Positions 54,448 through 64,000 of a stretch of 64,000 nt of DNA are shown here, one piece after another (positions within the stretch are counted from its first letter, which is position 1; every line of letters starts with the position of its first letter). Source of the DNA: an uncultured Candidatus Saccharibacteria bacterium (GTDB taxonomy: Bacteria > Patescibacteriota > WWE3 > UBA101185 > UBA10185). Where the stretch lies: the NCBI GenBank assembly GCA_964490125.1, contig CAZBAJ010000001.1:67573-131572 (forward strand), read 5' to 3'. The translations under genes and the position numbers were made by a program. The notes below the pieces were generated by a model that searched no databases, had not been told where the DNA came from, and was given only the letters and a program-made list of their open reading frames with translations.

Positions 54448-56169
54448 ATGAATGACCAACCCGCCCTTGACGCATATCTAAACCTTGCGATTTTACTTTT
54501 ACTTGCGTTTTTTATTATTTTTATTGTAATTCGCCAGATAGTAAAGTCCAAAAAAACCAAAAAACTACTTAAAGACCAAAACCAAGCTTTAGAAAGAGCA
54601 AAACAACAACTTACGGTGTGGCAGGCTTTGCCCGACTTATTAAAAAGGCAAGCTTACACGGGTGACCTTGAGCAAAATTTGGATTTAGTGGCAAGTTATT
54701 TACTAAAAGCTTTGGACGCGTCGTCAATTTCTTATGTCTACAAAACTCCCCAAGGATACTCTTTTAGGGCAAGACTTCTAGGCGATGTGAGCCGCGCGTA
54801 TTTTATTAAAAGCAAGCAAGCAGTAATTTCCGGTTATTTAACTACCGCGGGCATGACTAATCAGGAAATTCTTGCGGAAGACCATATTGCGGGGGGCTCG
54901 GTTTTGACACCAGAAAATCCCCAACCGGGTGAATGTATTAGCGATTATTTAACCTCCGCAATGGCACCCATTTATTTTAAGAGCGAGATAGTAGGTTTGG
55001 TGGGTGTTTTTGGCAGTAATCCCGGTTTAACGGATTCTTCCACAGCGGAGGTTATTACCAAGGTGGTGGAGCTGGCGACTTTTTATGCTGACGAGTACAA
55101 AGTCAATTTAGCCAGGGAGCAAGGAAAAATTGAATCGGTTTTGCACAGTATGGACGAGGGTGTGGTGCTCTTTGATAGCGCTTATAAAGTGTCGCTCATG
55201 AATAAAACGGCCTGTATATTCTTAGCGTGTAAGGATGACTTACCCAAGGATATTACCGAGTTTACAACTTTATTAAAAGCCGCGTTACCTATCCAAGAAG
55301 TGGTTTCTGGAGTTATGGACGGAGGAGAAATTAAGTCGCTAAAAAGAATATTTGTTAATAATTATTATTTAGGTTTTACATTTATGCCGGTTAAGTACGA
55401 CCGGGAGATTATTGGCGTGGCGGTAATTATAAGCAACGATTCAGAAGAAGAGCGACTTAAAAATCTGCGTGAGGATTTTACTGCCATGATGGTTCACGAA
55501 CTTCGCGCTCCGCTTACTATTATTAGAGGTTCGGCGGACATGATTTTGCAAAATAAAGAAAAATTCTCGCCTCAAGATGTTGACCTGTTTTTAACACAAA
55601 TTAAAACCTCCGCGTGGGATTTGCTAAAACTGGTAAATGATCTTTTGGATTCGGCAAAGATTGAGTCCGGCAAATTTACGGTTGACAAGTTGCCATGCGA
55701 CCTAAACGCTGTTTTGCGTCAAGAGGTAGAAAATTACAAAGTCTTTATCGAGTCAAAAAACATTGACTTAACACTGGACTTGGCGGATAACCTGCCACAA
55801 CTGCAGCTGGACAAAGAAAAGATCGTTCAGGTGCTTAATAATTTAATGTCCAACGCGGTTAAATTTACCTACAAAGGGGAAATTACCCATATGGCAGAAC
55901 GCGGGTTTATTAAGGTAGGGTCGCGGTTGCAGGGTGGCTTTGTGCAGATTTTTGTGGCGGACAACGGGCCCGGCATTCCAAACGAAGTCAAAAAGCAATT
56001 ATTTAATAAGTTTGTTCAGGCTCGGGAGTCTAGTATTTCAAACGAAAGTGGCACAGGTTTAGGTTTGGTTATTGCTAAAGGTATTGTGGAGGCGCATGGT
56101 GGTAGAATATGGGTGGAAGATAATGTACCAAAAGGCTCTGTATTTATTTTTACTCTACCTGTAAGTTAG
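54448..56169 (+). CDS. Membrane sensor histidine kinase
   Basis: N-terminal TM, HELRAPLTII H-box, HATPase (GTGLGLVIAKGIVEAHGG). Confidence 0.85.
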   Translation: MNDQPALDAYLNLAILLLLAFFIIFIVIRQIVKSKKTKKLLKDQNQALERAKQQLTVWQALPDLLKRQAYTGDLEQNLDLVASYLLKALDASSISYVYKTPQGYSFRARLLGDVSRAYFIKSKQAVISGYLTTAGMTNQEILAEDHIAGGSVLTPENPQPGECISDYLTSAMAPIYFKSEIVGLVGVFGSNPGLTDSSTAEVITKVVELATFYADEYKVNLAREQGKIESVLHSMDEGVVLFDSAYKVSLMNKTACIFLACKDDLPKDITEFTTLLKAALPIQEVVSGVMDGGEIKSLKRIFVNNYYLGFTFMPVKYDREIIGVAVIISNDSEEERLKNLREDFTAMMVHELRAPLTIIRGSADMILQNKEKFSPQDVDLFLTQIKTSAWDLLKLVNDLLDSAKIESGKFTVDKLPCDLNAVLRQEVENYKVFIESKNIDLTLDLADNLPQLQLDKEKIVQVLNNLMSNAVKFTYKGEITHMAERGFIKVGSRLQGGFVQIFVADNGPGIPNEVKKQLFNKFVQARESSISNESGTGLGLVIAKGIVEAHGGRIWVEDNVPKGSVFIFTLPVS

Positions 56170-56183
56170 AAGTTAGGAGGTTT

Positions 56184-57734
56184 ATGGCTGACAAAAATTT
56201 AACCATCGTTAAGGAAATTTTTAGAAATTACGACATTAGGGGGGTTTACGGTAAGACTTTGTTTGATGATGACGCTTATTTAATTGGTAGGGCGTTTGGT
56301 TTGCGACTTAGTAAACTGGGAGCAAAAAACTGCGCGGTGGGTTACGATAATAGGCTAAGTTCACAGGCGCTGTATGCAAAATATCGGGATGGACTTTTAT
56401 CGGCTGGGATTGATGTAATTGAGCTTGGGGAGTGTTTAACGCCGTTAATTAAATTTTATGTGTATGAAAAAAAGTTGGACGCGGGAACTTCTCTTACGGC
56501 AAGTCATAACAGCGCGGAATATAACGGATTTAAACTAATGCTTAAGGATGCCAAGCCCTTTTTTGGCGACGAGATTTTAAGTTTGTACGACGATATTGTT
56601 GCGGGACTTGGAGACGAGTTATCTACTGGTATCGACGAAGCTATTTCTGCCAGAACTTCGGTTGGGTTATTAAATCAAAATGATTCTTCTGGGAAGCCAG
56701 TCTCCAAAAAAATTACCTTTGGGAAAGTCATCCCAGGAAACGACCTGTTAGAACTTTACGCAAAATTTTTGGCGGAGAGATTTGATTTTAAAGGTAAAGG
56801 ATTTAAAGTTGCTCTAAATTGTGGCAACGGTACGGCAAGTAATTTTGCGCCAAAAATTTTGCGTGATCTTGGTGTGGAGGTTGTAGAAGTTAACTGTGTG
56901 TCGGACGGAACCTTCCCCAACGGTGCCCCCGACCCCGAGCGTCACGATTTTATGCAGGCTCTAGAGAAAAAAGTCCTGCAGGAAAAATGCCACCTAGGTT
57001 TTGGGTTGGACGGCGATTCCGACAGATTCGGTTTGGTGGATGAAAACGGCTTTCATTACGAGTCGGACAAACTTATGATGTTACTTGCCAGTTACCTTTT
57101 GCCCCAGCACCCCGGCGGACTCATTTGTTGCGATATCAAGTCGTCATCAAGTCTCATAAAACTTATTACAGAGCTTGGAGGAAAAGGTCAAATTATTAAA
57201 ACCGGCTATCCCTACCACATTCCGCAGGCGCAAGGCGACGCGTTATTTAGCGCGGAGCTTTCCGGCCATTTCTTTTTTGGGCGCAAACTTGGCTTTTACG
57301 GGTTGGACGACGGGATAATTTCCGCTTGCATGTTGTTAAAGGTGTACGACGAGCTGTCCGACAATGTTGGCACTGCTCAAAGCAAAACTTTTAGTCAACT
57401 TATGGCGGATTTTCCCAAGCTGTATCACACGGCGGAAGTTAAAATTAATTGTGACGACGCGGTAAAGATGTCAGCCATAGAAAAAATTGTTGCCAAAGCA
57501 AAGGGCGATACGCGAATTAAAGATGTTTTAATTATTGACGGCGTTCGTGGGGCAACTTCCGACACGGGTTGGTTTCTACTTCGCGCTTCTAACACCTCGC
57601 CTTACATTGTGGGACGGGTAGAAGGCGCCACGGAGCAAGAAGTCGACCAGATAAAATCTTTAGTAGCAGAGTTGTTAACCGTCGGTGAACTTTCTGGCGA
57701 GGTAATAACTTCCGCCCCAGTCTATTATTCCTAG
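56184..57734 (+). CDS. Phosphoglucomutase/phosphomannomutase family protein
   Basis: TASHNSAEYNGFK active-site serine loop, GLDGDSDR metal-binding loop. Confidence 0.8.
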   Translation: MADKNLTIVKEIFRNYDIRGVYGKTLFDDDAYLIGRAFGLRLSKLGAKNCAVGYDNRLSSQALYAKYRDGLLSAGIDVIELGECLTPLIKFYVYEKKLDAGTSLTASHNSAEYNGFKLMLKDAKPFFGDEILSLYDDIVAGLGDELSTGIDEAISARTSVGLLNQNDSSGKPVSKKITFGKVIPGNDLLELYAKFLAERFDFKGKGFKVALNCGNGTASNFAPKILRDLGVEVVEVNCVSDGTFPNGAPDPERHDFMQALEKKVLQEKCHLGFGLDGDSDRFGLVDENGFHYESDKLMMLLASYLLPQHPGGLICCDIKSSSSLIKLITELGGKGQIIKTGYPYHIPQAQGDALFSAELSGHFFFGRKLGFYGLDDGIISACMLLKVYDELSDNVGTAQSKTFSQLMADFPKLYHTAEVKINCDDAVKMSAIEKIVAKAKGDTRIKDVLIIDGVRGATSDTGWFLLRASNTSPYIVGRVEGATEQEVDQIKSLVAELLTVGELSGEVITSAPVYYS

Positions 57735-57773
57735 TCCTTGGGGTACGCATACAAGTAGAATACTCTGGTAAAA

Positions 57774-60395
57774 TTGGGTCGCTTTGATTACTTTATGAGT
57801 AATATTTTTGAACATCTACAAGAAGACGCAATAAAATGGCGAGAAGATGGATACAAAACTGACCAGTATTCTGCGGTTGGTGAAATATTGTCGTGGAATA
57901 GAGACGAGACAGGTCAGTTGCGGTATCTGCGGGAGGCACAATTGAATGCCTTAGAGGTTTACTGGTTTGTACGACTTGTTTTAAAGACGCCAAAACTGCT
58001 TGATTTGTACAACAGATATTATCCTAGAAGTAGCGATTTAGCCAATGCCTTGGGTGTACCTAGAACAAACATAGTTACAAATATGCTAATTGATCACGAA
58101 GATCTATTTGAGAAAATAAAAACAGATGTTGAGTTTGCAAAATCCATGCAGTTGGACTCTTTGCACGAATCCTTAAACCTACCATACTCAAGCTACATCC
58201 TGGCTTTGGCTATGGGCGCAGGAAAAACAGTACTCATAGGTGCCGTTATAGCAACAGAATTTTGCTTAAGCATCGAATATCCTGAAGCAAATTTTATGAA
58301 AAACTCCTTAGTTTTTGCTCCCGGCACCACAATCATTGAGTCTTTAAGGGAAATTTCTGGCATGCCCTTTGACAAAATATTACCACCAAGATTTTATAAG
58401 TCTTTTACAGCCAATATAAAAATGGTCTATACCCGAAACGGTGAAAAAACGATCCCTGTACAGGATTCAAGTACCTACAACATTATTGTAACCAACACAG
58501 AAAAAATAGCATTAAGAAAAATCGCTAAACGGAAAGAGCAGTCCCAATTAGAATTTGAGGAGTTAGAGAAGCAAGAAAAGTTGCTAGCAAATGCTAGGCT
58601 CAATAAGATCTCAAGCCTACCGAATTTGGGTGTATTTTCCGATGAAGCCCACCACACTTATGGAAACAAATTGGGCGACGAATTAAAGCGTGTAAGAAGT
58701 ACCATAAACCACCTACACGCTGAAACTGATCTTGTGTGTGTAGTTAATACCACAGGGACACCTTACTATAAAAAACAACCGATAAAAGATGTAGTTTTTT
58801 GGTATTCGTTAAAGCAGGGTATACAGGATAACATTTTAAAGAGCCTACACAACGGTATTTTAACCTACGATATTAAGGACGAAAAACCCGAGGAAATTAT
58901 CGATGATATTGTCAAGGACTTTTTAGAAAAGTACGATAAAACCGCTTTAAGCAACGGTGCCAAAGCTAAAATCGCATTTTATTTTGCTAATCAGGAGCAT
59001 TTGGACTTATCCAAGCCGTACATTGAAAAATCTTTAGCTAAATACGGACAGAATCCCACGATTATTCTAGTCAATACCCAAAAATCTTCACAGAAAGAAA
59101 TAGATGAATTCAACCGACTTAACGACCCCGATAATCAGAAACGAGTAATCCTGCTTGTTGGGAAAGGTACCGAGGGCTGGAATTGCCCCTCTTTATTTGC
59201 TACCGCCCTAGTTAGGGAGTTTACAAGTTCAAATAACTTTATTTTACAGGCATCCACTAGGTGTTTACGACAAATACCGGAGAATAAACAGCCAGCAACT
59301 GTCTACATAGAATCAAAAAATCAGGCAATTCTTAATAAAGAGTTAAAGGAGACATTTGCTATGAGTTTGTCGGATCTTAACAGAGTGGATCAAAAGATGG
59401 AAACCCAAGTTTTAGAATTTAAAAAGACGGTTTACCCTTCCCTAGAGATTACGCGGACGATAAAAAAGGTTATGCAAGGAACTAACAAACAAAGTCAGAT
59501 CAAACTTTCTAAACCAAAGGGCGTTTACCAAAATTTGGTTGTTAAGTCCATTTTTGAGCCAAAACTAGAAAGTACGGGAACTGTTCTTTCACCAACAGGT
59601 GAGGATGTTCAGGTAATTTTTTCTACTGAAACATACGATATCTATACAGCTGTACAGATGATTACTGATAATTATCACCAGAATTGTCTGCCCATCCTTG
59701 GGGAATTAAGAAAATTGTATCCAAGTGGCCAGTTACCTAGAAACCACCTTAGAGAGCTTTTTGACCAAGTAGAAAGACAATGTCAGAATTACATCACGAT
59801 AGAGGAGAAGATAACCGAGGCCTTGGCTCTGATAAAATTTCAGGATGAGGATCAAAAGCCCGTCTTTTATAAAAACGATAAAGGTGTTTATTGCCACACG
59901 ATCCGATATAAAAAGGGTACTTTTGGAGACAATAATGAGCTTTTAGTCCATCAAAAAGATTATGCTGGAATAAATATCCGAGAGCTTGGTTTTCACTATA
60001 CGCCTTACAATTTTGACTCCGAACCAGAAAAAAGTTTTTACGATTACATGCTTAATAAACTACAAACAAAGGCGGAAGATGTAGATGATATATATTTTAC
60101 AGGGGGTTTAACTAATACAAAGCAAACGGATATGTATTTTCAATACAAAGGAACGGATGATAGATATCACAACTACTTTCCTGACTTTGTCGTGGTCAAA
60201 AAGGACGGAACATTTTTAATAATTGAGATTAAGGCGGAGGGTAAAGAAAACGACCTAGAGGTACAGACAAAAATAAAAGCGGTAAGAAAGTTAGAAAATT
60301 TGCCAGAGAATCGGTTTAAATACGAGATAATTTATACCGACAATCCCGTGCCTGTAAGAAAATTTGAGGGTGCAGAAGCATGGTTAAAAAGTTAA
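57774..60395 (+). CDS. res: Type III restriction enzyme Res subunit (SF2 helicase + C-terminal PD-ExK nuclease)
   Basis: Walker A AMGAGKT, DEAHH box (FSDEAHHTYG), C-terminal PDFVVV...IIEIK. Confidence 0.75.
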   Translation: MGRFDYFMSNIFEHLQEDAIKWREDGYKTDQYSAVGEILSWNRDETGQLRYLREAQLNALEVYWFVRLVLKTPKLLDLYNRYYPRSSDLANALGVPRTNIVTNMLIDHEDLFEKIKTDVEFAKSMQLDSLHESLNLPYSSYILALAMGAGKTVLIGAVIATEFCLSIEYPEANFMKNSLVFAPGTTIIESLREISGMPFDKILPPRFYKSFTANIKMVYTRNGEKTIPVQDSSTYNIIVTNTEKIALRKIAKRKEQSQLEFEELEKQEKLLANARLNKISSLPNLGVFSDEAHHTYGNKLGDELKRVRSTINHLHAETDLVCVVNTTGTPYYKKQPIKDVVFWYSLKQGIQDNILKSLHNGILTYDIKDEKPEEIIDDIVKDFLEKYDKTALSNGAKAKIAFYFANQEHLDLSKPYIEKSLAKYGQNPTIILVNTQKSSQKEIDEFNRLNDPDNQKRVILLVGKGTEGWNCPSLFATALVREFTSSNNFILQASTRCLRQIPENKQPATVYIESKNQAILNKELKETFAMSLSDLNRVDQKMETQVLEFKKTVYPSLEITRTIKKVMQGTNKQSQIKLSKPKGVYQNLVVKSIFEPKLESTGTVLSPTGEDVQVIFSTETYDIYTAVQMITDNYHQNCLPILGELRKLYPSGQLPRNHLRELFDQVERQCQNYITIEEKITEALALIKFQDEDQKPVFYKNDKGVYCHTIRYKKGTFGDNNELLVHQKDYAGINIRELGFHYTPYNFDSEPEKSFYDYMLNKLQTKAEDVDDIYFTGGLTNTKQTDMYFQYKGTDDRYHNYFPDFVVVKKDGTFLIIEIKAEGKENDLEVQTKIKAVRKLENLPENRFKYEIIYTDNPVPVRKFEGAEAWLKS

Positions 60396-60417
60396 TTTAA
60401 GTTTATAATCTGCAAAT

Positions 60418-62172
60418 ATGGAAAAATCAACTACAACCCAAAAAGTTTCTAAAGTAAAAGGCAGACCAATGCTCCATTGGGTTGGCAAAAAGCCGTTAGA
60501 ATTAATCCAAAGCTACCCAGCCCAACTTTGTGAAAGCTTTGGTGTAAAAAAACCTTACGAGACTCCCAGCTTTGAGTCGCTTGATAAAAATTGGAGCAAT
60601 TTATTGTTTCATGGGGACAATAAAGAGATTTTATCGACATTGTTAGTTAACGGATTTAGAGGCAGGGTAGATTTAATTTACATCGATCCTCCGTTTGACA
60701 GCGGGGCGGATTATATTCGTAAAGTTGAATTGCGGGGAACAGACAAGAAGATAGACGGGGAGGAGCAAAACATTATTGAGCAAACGCAATACACAGACAT
60801 TTGGGCAAACGATAACTACCTCCAGTTTATGTACGAGCGATTAATATTGCTAAGGGAATTGTTAAGCGACAAAGGGAGTATTTATTTGCATTGCGACTGG
60901 CACAAAAGCCATTATTTACGGTTTTTACTAGACGAGGTTTTTGGTGACGAGAATTTCTTGAACGATATTTCGTGGTGTTACACAGGACCGTCTGGCTCTG
61001 AAGAGTATTTCCCAAGACGACATCAATACATTTTCCTGTACGCTAAAAACAAAGGGCATCACATCTTTAATCAGGTTTTTGAAAAGCACAAATCCGGACT
61101 CCATAACACAGGGCAAGTTTTTGGATCTAATGGTGATGGTGTCGATGTATCTACCTTAGTAGAAAAGGGAAAGAAGAAAGAAGACTGGTGGGAAGATTCC
61201 TTTGGCGATGAGGTTTGGAAGGATATTTGGAACACAGAGCGTTATAGGGGTCAGCTCACGGAGTATCCGACGCAGAAACCAGAACCATTACTGGAAAGGA
61301 TTATCTTTGCATCGACAAATGAGAATTCCATAATCTTGGACTGTTTTGCCGGGAGCGGTACAACTTTAGCCGTTGCCCAAAAATTGGGAAAAAGATGGAT
61401 CGGAGCTGATTTAAACAAAGGGGCAATCCAAACTATCTCCAAGCGGATTCAGGGCGTAATAAAAGAGTCAAAGGAAACTAAATACCCGTCATTTATTCAT
61501 TATCGAGTCAACAACTACGATTTTCAGGATGATGCATTGATAAAAAGGATTATTTTTGAGAAATATGGCATAGAACAACTTAAAACCGATGGATTTTTTG
61601 ACGGGCTTTTGGGAGGTAAGCTTGTTAAACTGCTGGATTTCCATAAACCATTAACAAAACTCGATATTCAACTTGTTAAGGATGAGCTTGATTTACGCAA
61701 AGATGAGGATCGGGATATTTTGCTTATTTGTAGTGGTTCAGAGTTGGACACTGAAGAGGAGTTGGCTCGTTATAACAGGATTAGCGCAGTAAATCGGATT
61801 CATTACAGAGATGTGCAGAAGGATGGGATCATGGCGTTTGACCACGCCCAAGCAGATATAAAAGTCATTAAAAAGGACGGTAAAGCGGTAGTAGAGATTA
61901 ACGACTATTTTTCTCCCACGATCTTGAAGCGCTTATCACTGGATCGCACGGTATTTGATGAGCAAATTACGGATTTTAGGGCGCAAATCGATGTCGTCCT
62001 TATCGACGTTGATTATAACGGAAAAAGTTTTAATATTTGCATTTCCGATGTGCCCGAGAAGAAAAAGGACTTTATTAAGGCTAAGTACGAGTTTGATATT
62101 AAGGATAAGAAACAAAAAATTGCAGTAAAAGTGGTAGACATGATGGGAGAAGAGGTTTTATTTGTCGACTAG
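60418..62172 (+). CDS. mod: Type III R-M Mod subunit (beta-class N6-adenine/N4-cytosine DNA methyltransferase)
   Basis: DPPF (IYIDPPFDSG) precedes FAGSGTT (motif I): beta-class order. Confidence 0.75.
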   Translation: MEKSTTTQKVSKVKGRPMLHWVGKKPLELIQSYPAQLCESFGVKKPYETPSFESLDKNWSNLLFHGDNKEILSTLLVNGFRGRVDLIYIDPPFDSGADYIRKVELRGTDKKIDGEEQNIIEQTQYTDIWANDNYLQFMYERLILLRELLSDKGSIYLHCDWHKSHYLRFLLDEVFGDENFLNDISWCYTGPSGSEEYFPRRHQYIFLYAKNKGHHIFNQVFEKHKSGLHNTGQVFGSNGDGVDVSTLVEKGKKKEDWWEDSFGDEVWKDIWNTERYRGQLTEYPTQKPEPLLERIIFASTNENSIILDCFAGSGTTLAVAQKLGKRWIGADLNKGAIQTISKRIQGVIKESKETKYPSFIHYRVNNYDFQDDALIKRIIFEKYGIEQLKTDGFFDGLLGGKLVKLLDFHKPLTKLDIQLVKDELDLRKDEDRDILLICSGSELDTEEELARYNRISAVNRIHYRDVQKDGIMAFDHAQADIKVIKKDGKAVVEINDYFSPTILKRLSLDRTVFDEQITDFRAQIDVVLIDVDYNGKSFNICISDVPEKKKDFIKAKYEFDIKDKKQKIAVKVVDMMGEEVLFVD

Positions 62173-62190
62173 TTATGATAGTCTAAAACC

Positions 62191-64000
62191 ATGAACAAAC
62201 AAACTGCCCAAATACTTTGGTTTGATCAAATTTCCAAGCATGATATTGCCATAGCTGGCGGAAAAGGTGCCAACCTGGGGGAAATGACTACCGCGGGAAT
62301 TCCGGTACCTAACGGATTTGTTGTTACTTCTAAAGCCTATTACGACTTTTTGGACAAAACCTCTCTTAAGCAAAAAATTTTAACAGAACTTAGCGGACTT
62401 GATCACAACGACAATGCAAAACTAAACGAAGCGTCCAAAAGAATAAAAACCGCCATTATGGAAGCAGAACTTCCCGGCGAGCTTGCCCAAGAAATTAAAG
62501 AGTTTTATCATACCCTTTCCGGTGAGCACGATAAATTAGTTGCAGTTAGGAGCTCCGCCACGGCGGAAGACCTGCCAGACGCCTCGTTTGCCGGTCAGCA
62601 GGAGACTTATTTAAACATTAAGGGCTGGAAAAATGTAGTGGAAAATGTCCAAAAGTGCTGGGCGTCGCTTTTTGAGTCGCGCGCCATTTTTTACAGGAGC
62701 GACCGAGGTTTTTCCCATTTTAAAATTGGTATTGCCGTGCCTGTCCAACTCATGGTACAAAGCGATGTTTCTGGCATTATGTTTACCGTCAACCCGCTAA
62801 CTAATAATAGGGGAGAAATATCCATCGAGGCGGCGTGGGGTTTGGGTCAGCCTGTGGTTTCGGGAGAAGTTACGCCGGATCAGTATTTAGTCGACAAAAA
62901 AACCTGGCAAATTACGCACAAACATTTGTCCAAACAAACTTGGCAAATGACGCTTATTGGCAACATCAATGTGTCGCGCGATTACCAAGAAGTCCAAAAA
63001 CTGTCCGACTTAAAAATTAAGGAGCTTGCTAAAATTGGCGCGCATATAGAAAGGCATTACGGTCATCCGCAGGACATTGAGTGGGGCATGGAAGGTCACA
63101 AGTTGTATATTGTCCAATCTCGACCTGTCACTACGCTAAAGCAAACTAATATCTCGGAGGAAAAGCAGTCGCTTGATACCAGTAAAGAGGTAACGGAATT
63201 GTTTGCCGGACTTTCTGCCAGTCCGGGAATTGCCAGTGGGCCGGTAAAAATTGTTAAGTCGCCCAGTGAGATTGGCGTGGTTGTGCAGGGCGATGTACTG
63301 GTTGCGGAAATGACCAATCCGGATTATGTGCCGGCTATGCGTAAAGCCTGCGCTATTGTTACAGACAGTGGGGGCAAAACTTCACACGCGGCTATTGTGA
63401 GCCGTGAGTTGGGTGTGCCGGCGGTGGTGGGTAGTGGAGTAGCAACAGAGCGACTTAAAAACGGCCAAATAATTACGGTTGACGGCACAAACGGTAAAAT
63501 TTACGAGGGTAATATTGTTATTCAAAATAAAGTCGCGCAAGTTAACAAATCTTTGTCACAGATTAAAACCGCTACCAAGGTGTATGTAAACTTGGCGGAG
63601 CCTCAACTTGCAGAGGACATGGCCAAGCGCAATGTTGACGGTGTAGGGCTTTTGCGGGCGGAATTCATCATTGCTAATATTGGCACCCATCCCAAAAAGT
63701 TTATTAAGGAAAAACGCTCGCAGGAGTTTGTTAAAAAGTTGGCGGACGACTTAGAGCTTTTTGCTAAGGCATTTGATGGTCGTCCTGTAGTTTATAGATT
63801 TACCGACTTTAAAACTAATGAATATCGTTCCCTCGAGGGTGGTGAGGAGTTTGAAGGAGAAGAGCCCAATCCGCTAATAGGTTTTAGAGGAACGGGCAGA
63901 TACATCGAGGATGCGGAAGTTTTTAATTTGGAGCTGGAGGCTATTAAAATCGTCCGCAATAAAAAGGGTTACAAGAATTTGCATGTCATGTTGCCGTTTG
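62191..64000 (+). CDS. ppsA: Phosphoenolpyruvate synthase / pyruvate,water dikinase (partial, runs off window)
   Basis: N-terminal ATP-grasp-like AIAGGKGANLGEM, phosphohistidine domain GGKTSHAAIVSRELGVPAVVG; no stop before window end. Confidence 0.8.
   Translation, partial: MNKQTAQILWFDQISKHDIAIAGGKGANLGEMTTAGIPVPNGFVVTSKAYYDFLDKTSLKQKILTELSGLDHNDNAKLNEASKRIKTAIMEAELPGELAQEIKEFYHTLSGEHDKLVAVRSSATAEDLPDASFAGQQETYLNIKGWKNVVENVQKCWASLFESRAIFYRSDRGFSHFKIGIAVPVQLMVQSDVSGIMFTVNPLTNNRGEISIEAAWGLGQPVVSGEVTPDQYLVDKKTWQITHKHLSKQTWQMTLIGNINVSRDYQEVQKLSDLKIKELAKIGAHIERHYGHPQDIEWGMEGHKLYIVQSRPVTTLKQTNISEEKQSLDTSKEVTELFAGLSASPGIASGPVKIVKSPSEIGVVVQGDVLVAEMTNPDYVPAMRKACAIVTDSGGKTSHAAIVSRELGVPAVVGSGVATERLKNGQIITVDGTNGKIYEGNIVIQNKVAQVNKSLSQIKTATKVYVNLAEPQLAEDMAKRNVDGVGLLRAEFIIANIGTHPKKFIKEKRSQEFVKKLADDLELFAKAFDGRPVVYRFTDFKTNEYRSLEGGEEFEGEEPNPLIGFRGTGRYIEDAEVFNLELEAIKIVRNKKGYKNLHVMLPF

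Noticed and set aside
1-64000. CRISPR arrays, rRNA genes, IS elements or integrases
   Set aside because: No regularly spaced direct repeats, no rRNA-like conserved blocks, and no transposase or integrase motifs were found. BRO-N is the only phage-associated domain.

Overview
This 64-kb window reads as chromosomal DNA from a low-GC (about 40%) bacterium, mostly housekeeping genes. Calling it a reduced-genome lineage such as CPR/Patescibacteria is inference from gene types, since no rRNA is present.

Main blocks on the plus strand:
- Core genes: secD(partial)/secF, recJ, aspS/asnS behind a T-box leader, a D-Ala-D-Ala carboxypeptidase, gltX, recA-(VapBC-like insert)-recX, rny-ymdB-hup, ileS, glyS behind a T-box leader, mraZ-rsmH-ftsL-ftsI, recO, and a partial ppsA at the right edge.
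- An accessory islet at about 22.7-26.3 kb: SAM methyltransferase, DUF2156-like protein, BRO-N protein, and small unknowns.
- A surface-glycan cluster at 26.3-43.3 kb: 5 GT4 glycosyltransferases, GT-C-like membrane proteins, a Wzy_C-PMT fusion, a Wzx flippase, and a sugar-1-P transferase.
- A Type III R-M system in res-then-mod order, and a HEPN/MNT pair.

Most interesting candidates:
- (i) A DUF262/DUF1524 (GmrSD/SspE-like) nuclease gene tightly coupled to an unknown 231-aa gene. The pair sits inside the glycan operon and looks AT-rich by eye.
- (ii) A duplicated module near recJ and downstream of the carboxypeptidase gene: a conserved structured hairpin plus a GC-rich two-TM peptide gene of 54-60 aa. 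It shares promoter sequence with two paralogous PD-(D/E)XK-like genes and may be type I toxin-antitoxin-like.
- (iii) A 24-nt motif found three times, always just upstream of a -35 box.
- (iv) A tRNA-like element with T-arm, acceptor stem and CCA, plus a terminator, in the leader of the carboxypeptidase gene.
- (v) A G8 homopolymer that splits a 629-aa ORF.

No CRISPR array, rRNA or canonical tRNA could be supported.
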